A stretch of DNA of 64,000 nt from Phallusia mammillata (Eukaryota): contig OZ281498.1 of assembly GCA_965637545.1 (NCBI GenBank), positions 4,092,001 through 4,156,000 of the forward strand. The letters are read 5' to 3'. A program made the position numbers and the translations under genes. Below the pieces are notes generated by a model. That model was given only the letters and a program-made list of their open reading frames with translations, had not been told where the DNA came from and did not search any database. Shown here piece by piece: positions 62,210-64,000 of the stretch (the stretch's first letter is position 1; each line of letters begins with the position of its first letter).

Positions 62210-64000
62210 TCATGAGAGGTTTGCTGTATTATTGCGTGCTGGACTTGGAAATGCAGCAATGTTACCTATTATCGCATTTAATTCAGGCCTTGATTTTAAA
62301 ATTAATGGTTTTTACGCAACCAAAGCAGCCAATGGTGTTGGTAAATGAATTAGTTAAGCTATAGCTGCCGCAACTCTTAAAATATTAGTGCGGACCTCAT
62401 TTAAAATTTCTCCATGTCGCTAGTTCACGCAGGAAAGTTTTTAAAATCGGGTGCTACATATAGCTATATGGTTGCTAAAGCAAAATACATCAATCGTAAA
62501 CTTGATGTTTTTTCCACGCGTAAAATTTTCCTATTTGTAGATTCTGGTTCCGTGCAGCATGCACCTAAACTCAGTAATAACGTTCTTGACAGCCTCAAAT
62601 TTAGTATCATTACTTAAGAAACAACATCGCTTACTATATGTTAATGCCGTACGCCTAAATCAATCAAGAACAATGAACCAATAATAAACTATTCATGCCA
62701 GAGGAAACCTCACTCGTAAATAGGTTAAAAACACTGCAACTTTTTAAATTCCACAACTGTTCGTCTGACATGGGGATTTGAACGTTTATTTAATCTTGTA
62801 ACAGGACGTAAACGGGGCGAACCCGCGAACCGAAAAAAAAAACATTCGACTACATCTTTTCACCAACAAAACACCAGGAAATGTCCTAAAAGAAGGAATG
62901 GTCGTCATGGTAATGTCTCTACACTGCACAAATTTCACATGCTAACATCTATGGTGATTTGGGTAATATAAGGATGTCTTAATATCAGCTTATCAACTAT
63001 TTGTTTAGATGTGATGCTACTTTTTATGCATGTCAAATAGTAATGGGTTGTGAGTCGAATTTTAATCATTCCTTTAACGATTTATTTATTATGCTTTCGA
63101 ATACTTTTTTTTCCTTCACGCACTTATATTACCTATTCGTTTACATTATACTTGACCACACAGTATTCACTTATTCGTTGTGCATAATTATTTATGCTTT
63201 TCCTGTGTTTCTACGTTCGCATCTAATGTATGATTTGTGGGTTCACGGTTATTGCTTCTGTCGATACACGGATGTGCCTCTTGTGGTCACATGATTTGTT
63301 AATGATCGGTTAACTTTCTATTCCACGTGCTGTGTCTGTCAATTAGTAGTCTATCATGTTTTACTAGCATAAAGATATTATGTTGTATTTAAGGGACAAC
63401 ATATGCTATATGCTATGCTATGCTATGCTATGCGTATCCATCGTGGCAGCTTTGTCGATACTAGTTCTTGGACACAAAGTTGGCTGCAAACGCGTTCTTA
63501 TCATTGGTGTAGTTGGTTTTTTAATGTACATTCTCAGTAACATATACTCAGATAATTCACACGTTTAATTGGTTGGGACATTTGGAGAAGTTTGTTGAAA
63601 AAAATGTTTTCAAGGGTTCTTAACTCTTGTCCCTGCCTGCTTCTTCATAGGTCTCGGCGAAGCGTTGGTGTGGACGTCTCTGGCTATCATTACCACATAC
63701 TTTGCAAATGACTCAATATTAAGCTTTTGGGGGACAACTATAGTTAGGTTCACAGGCTACTATCATGCCGTCATCGAACTCAGATATGTGCAAGGAAATT
63801 TCCCTAATACTTAATATTTCCAAGAACCTATAGCAATATTTTCTACCTTATAGTTCACAAGAAGCGCCTTTAACTTTAACGTTTTACTGTGAATGAGGAC
63901 CAATATCATCCGATGCACCCGTCAACAAAGCATCCGTTTATCGGTATAATTGCTGGCTTAACGGTTGTGGCAATACTAATTTTCTACATTTGCATTCCTG
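62210..64000 (+). pseudogene. UNC93-like G8 pseudogene (cut off by the window end)
   Basis: Degenerate exon 1 ending NGVG|gt (~62340); exon 2 (63394-63551) with (TGCTA)n expansion and GT>AT donor loss; exon 3 at 63615-63787; exon 4 from 63854 with TGA at 63890 and the CGANDCQ loop deleted. Confidence 0.85.

Noticed and set aside
1-64000. TLR or K2P channel partner genes, and a prokaryotic operon or defence system
   Set aside because: No LRR, TIR or pore-loop motifs seen; spliceosomal introns show the DNA is eukaryotic.

Overview
AT-rich eukaryotic DNA with short GT-AG introns; gene style and repeats suggest an ascidian or other invertebrate chordate (inference). The window is a tandem and inverted birth-and-death cluster of UNC-93-like (UNC93A family, MFS 12-TM) genes. 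Six intact multi-exon models were built by hand: G1 2151-4199+, G2 10380-14525+, G3 15378-19006-, G4 32178-35947+, G5 46426-50419+, G7 58955-61835+. G6 has an internal deletion, G8 is a pseudogene running off the window, and about a dozen decayed exon relics lie on both strands. G2 and G3 form the core of a ~19-kb imperfect inverted duplication. An intronless orphan 7-TM receptor-like gene (39109-40038, -) and its decayed twin sit in the middle of the cluster. Intergenic and intronic space holds a dead hAT transposase, many hAT MITEs with 8-bp TSDs, a 9-bp-TSD MITE, two copies of a short tRNA-Leu-like SINE, a back-to-back pair of tRNA-like genes, and a 1.9-kb TSD-flanked insertion of unknown type. 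Exon boundaries were read by eye; no alignment or database search was run.
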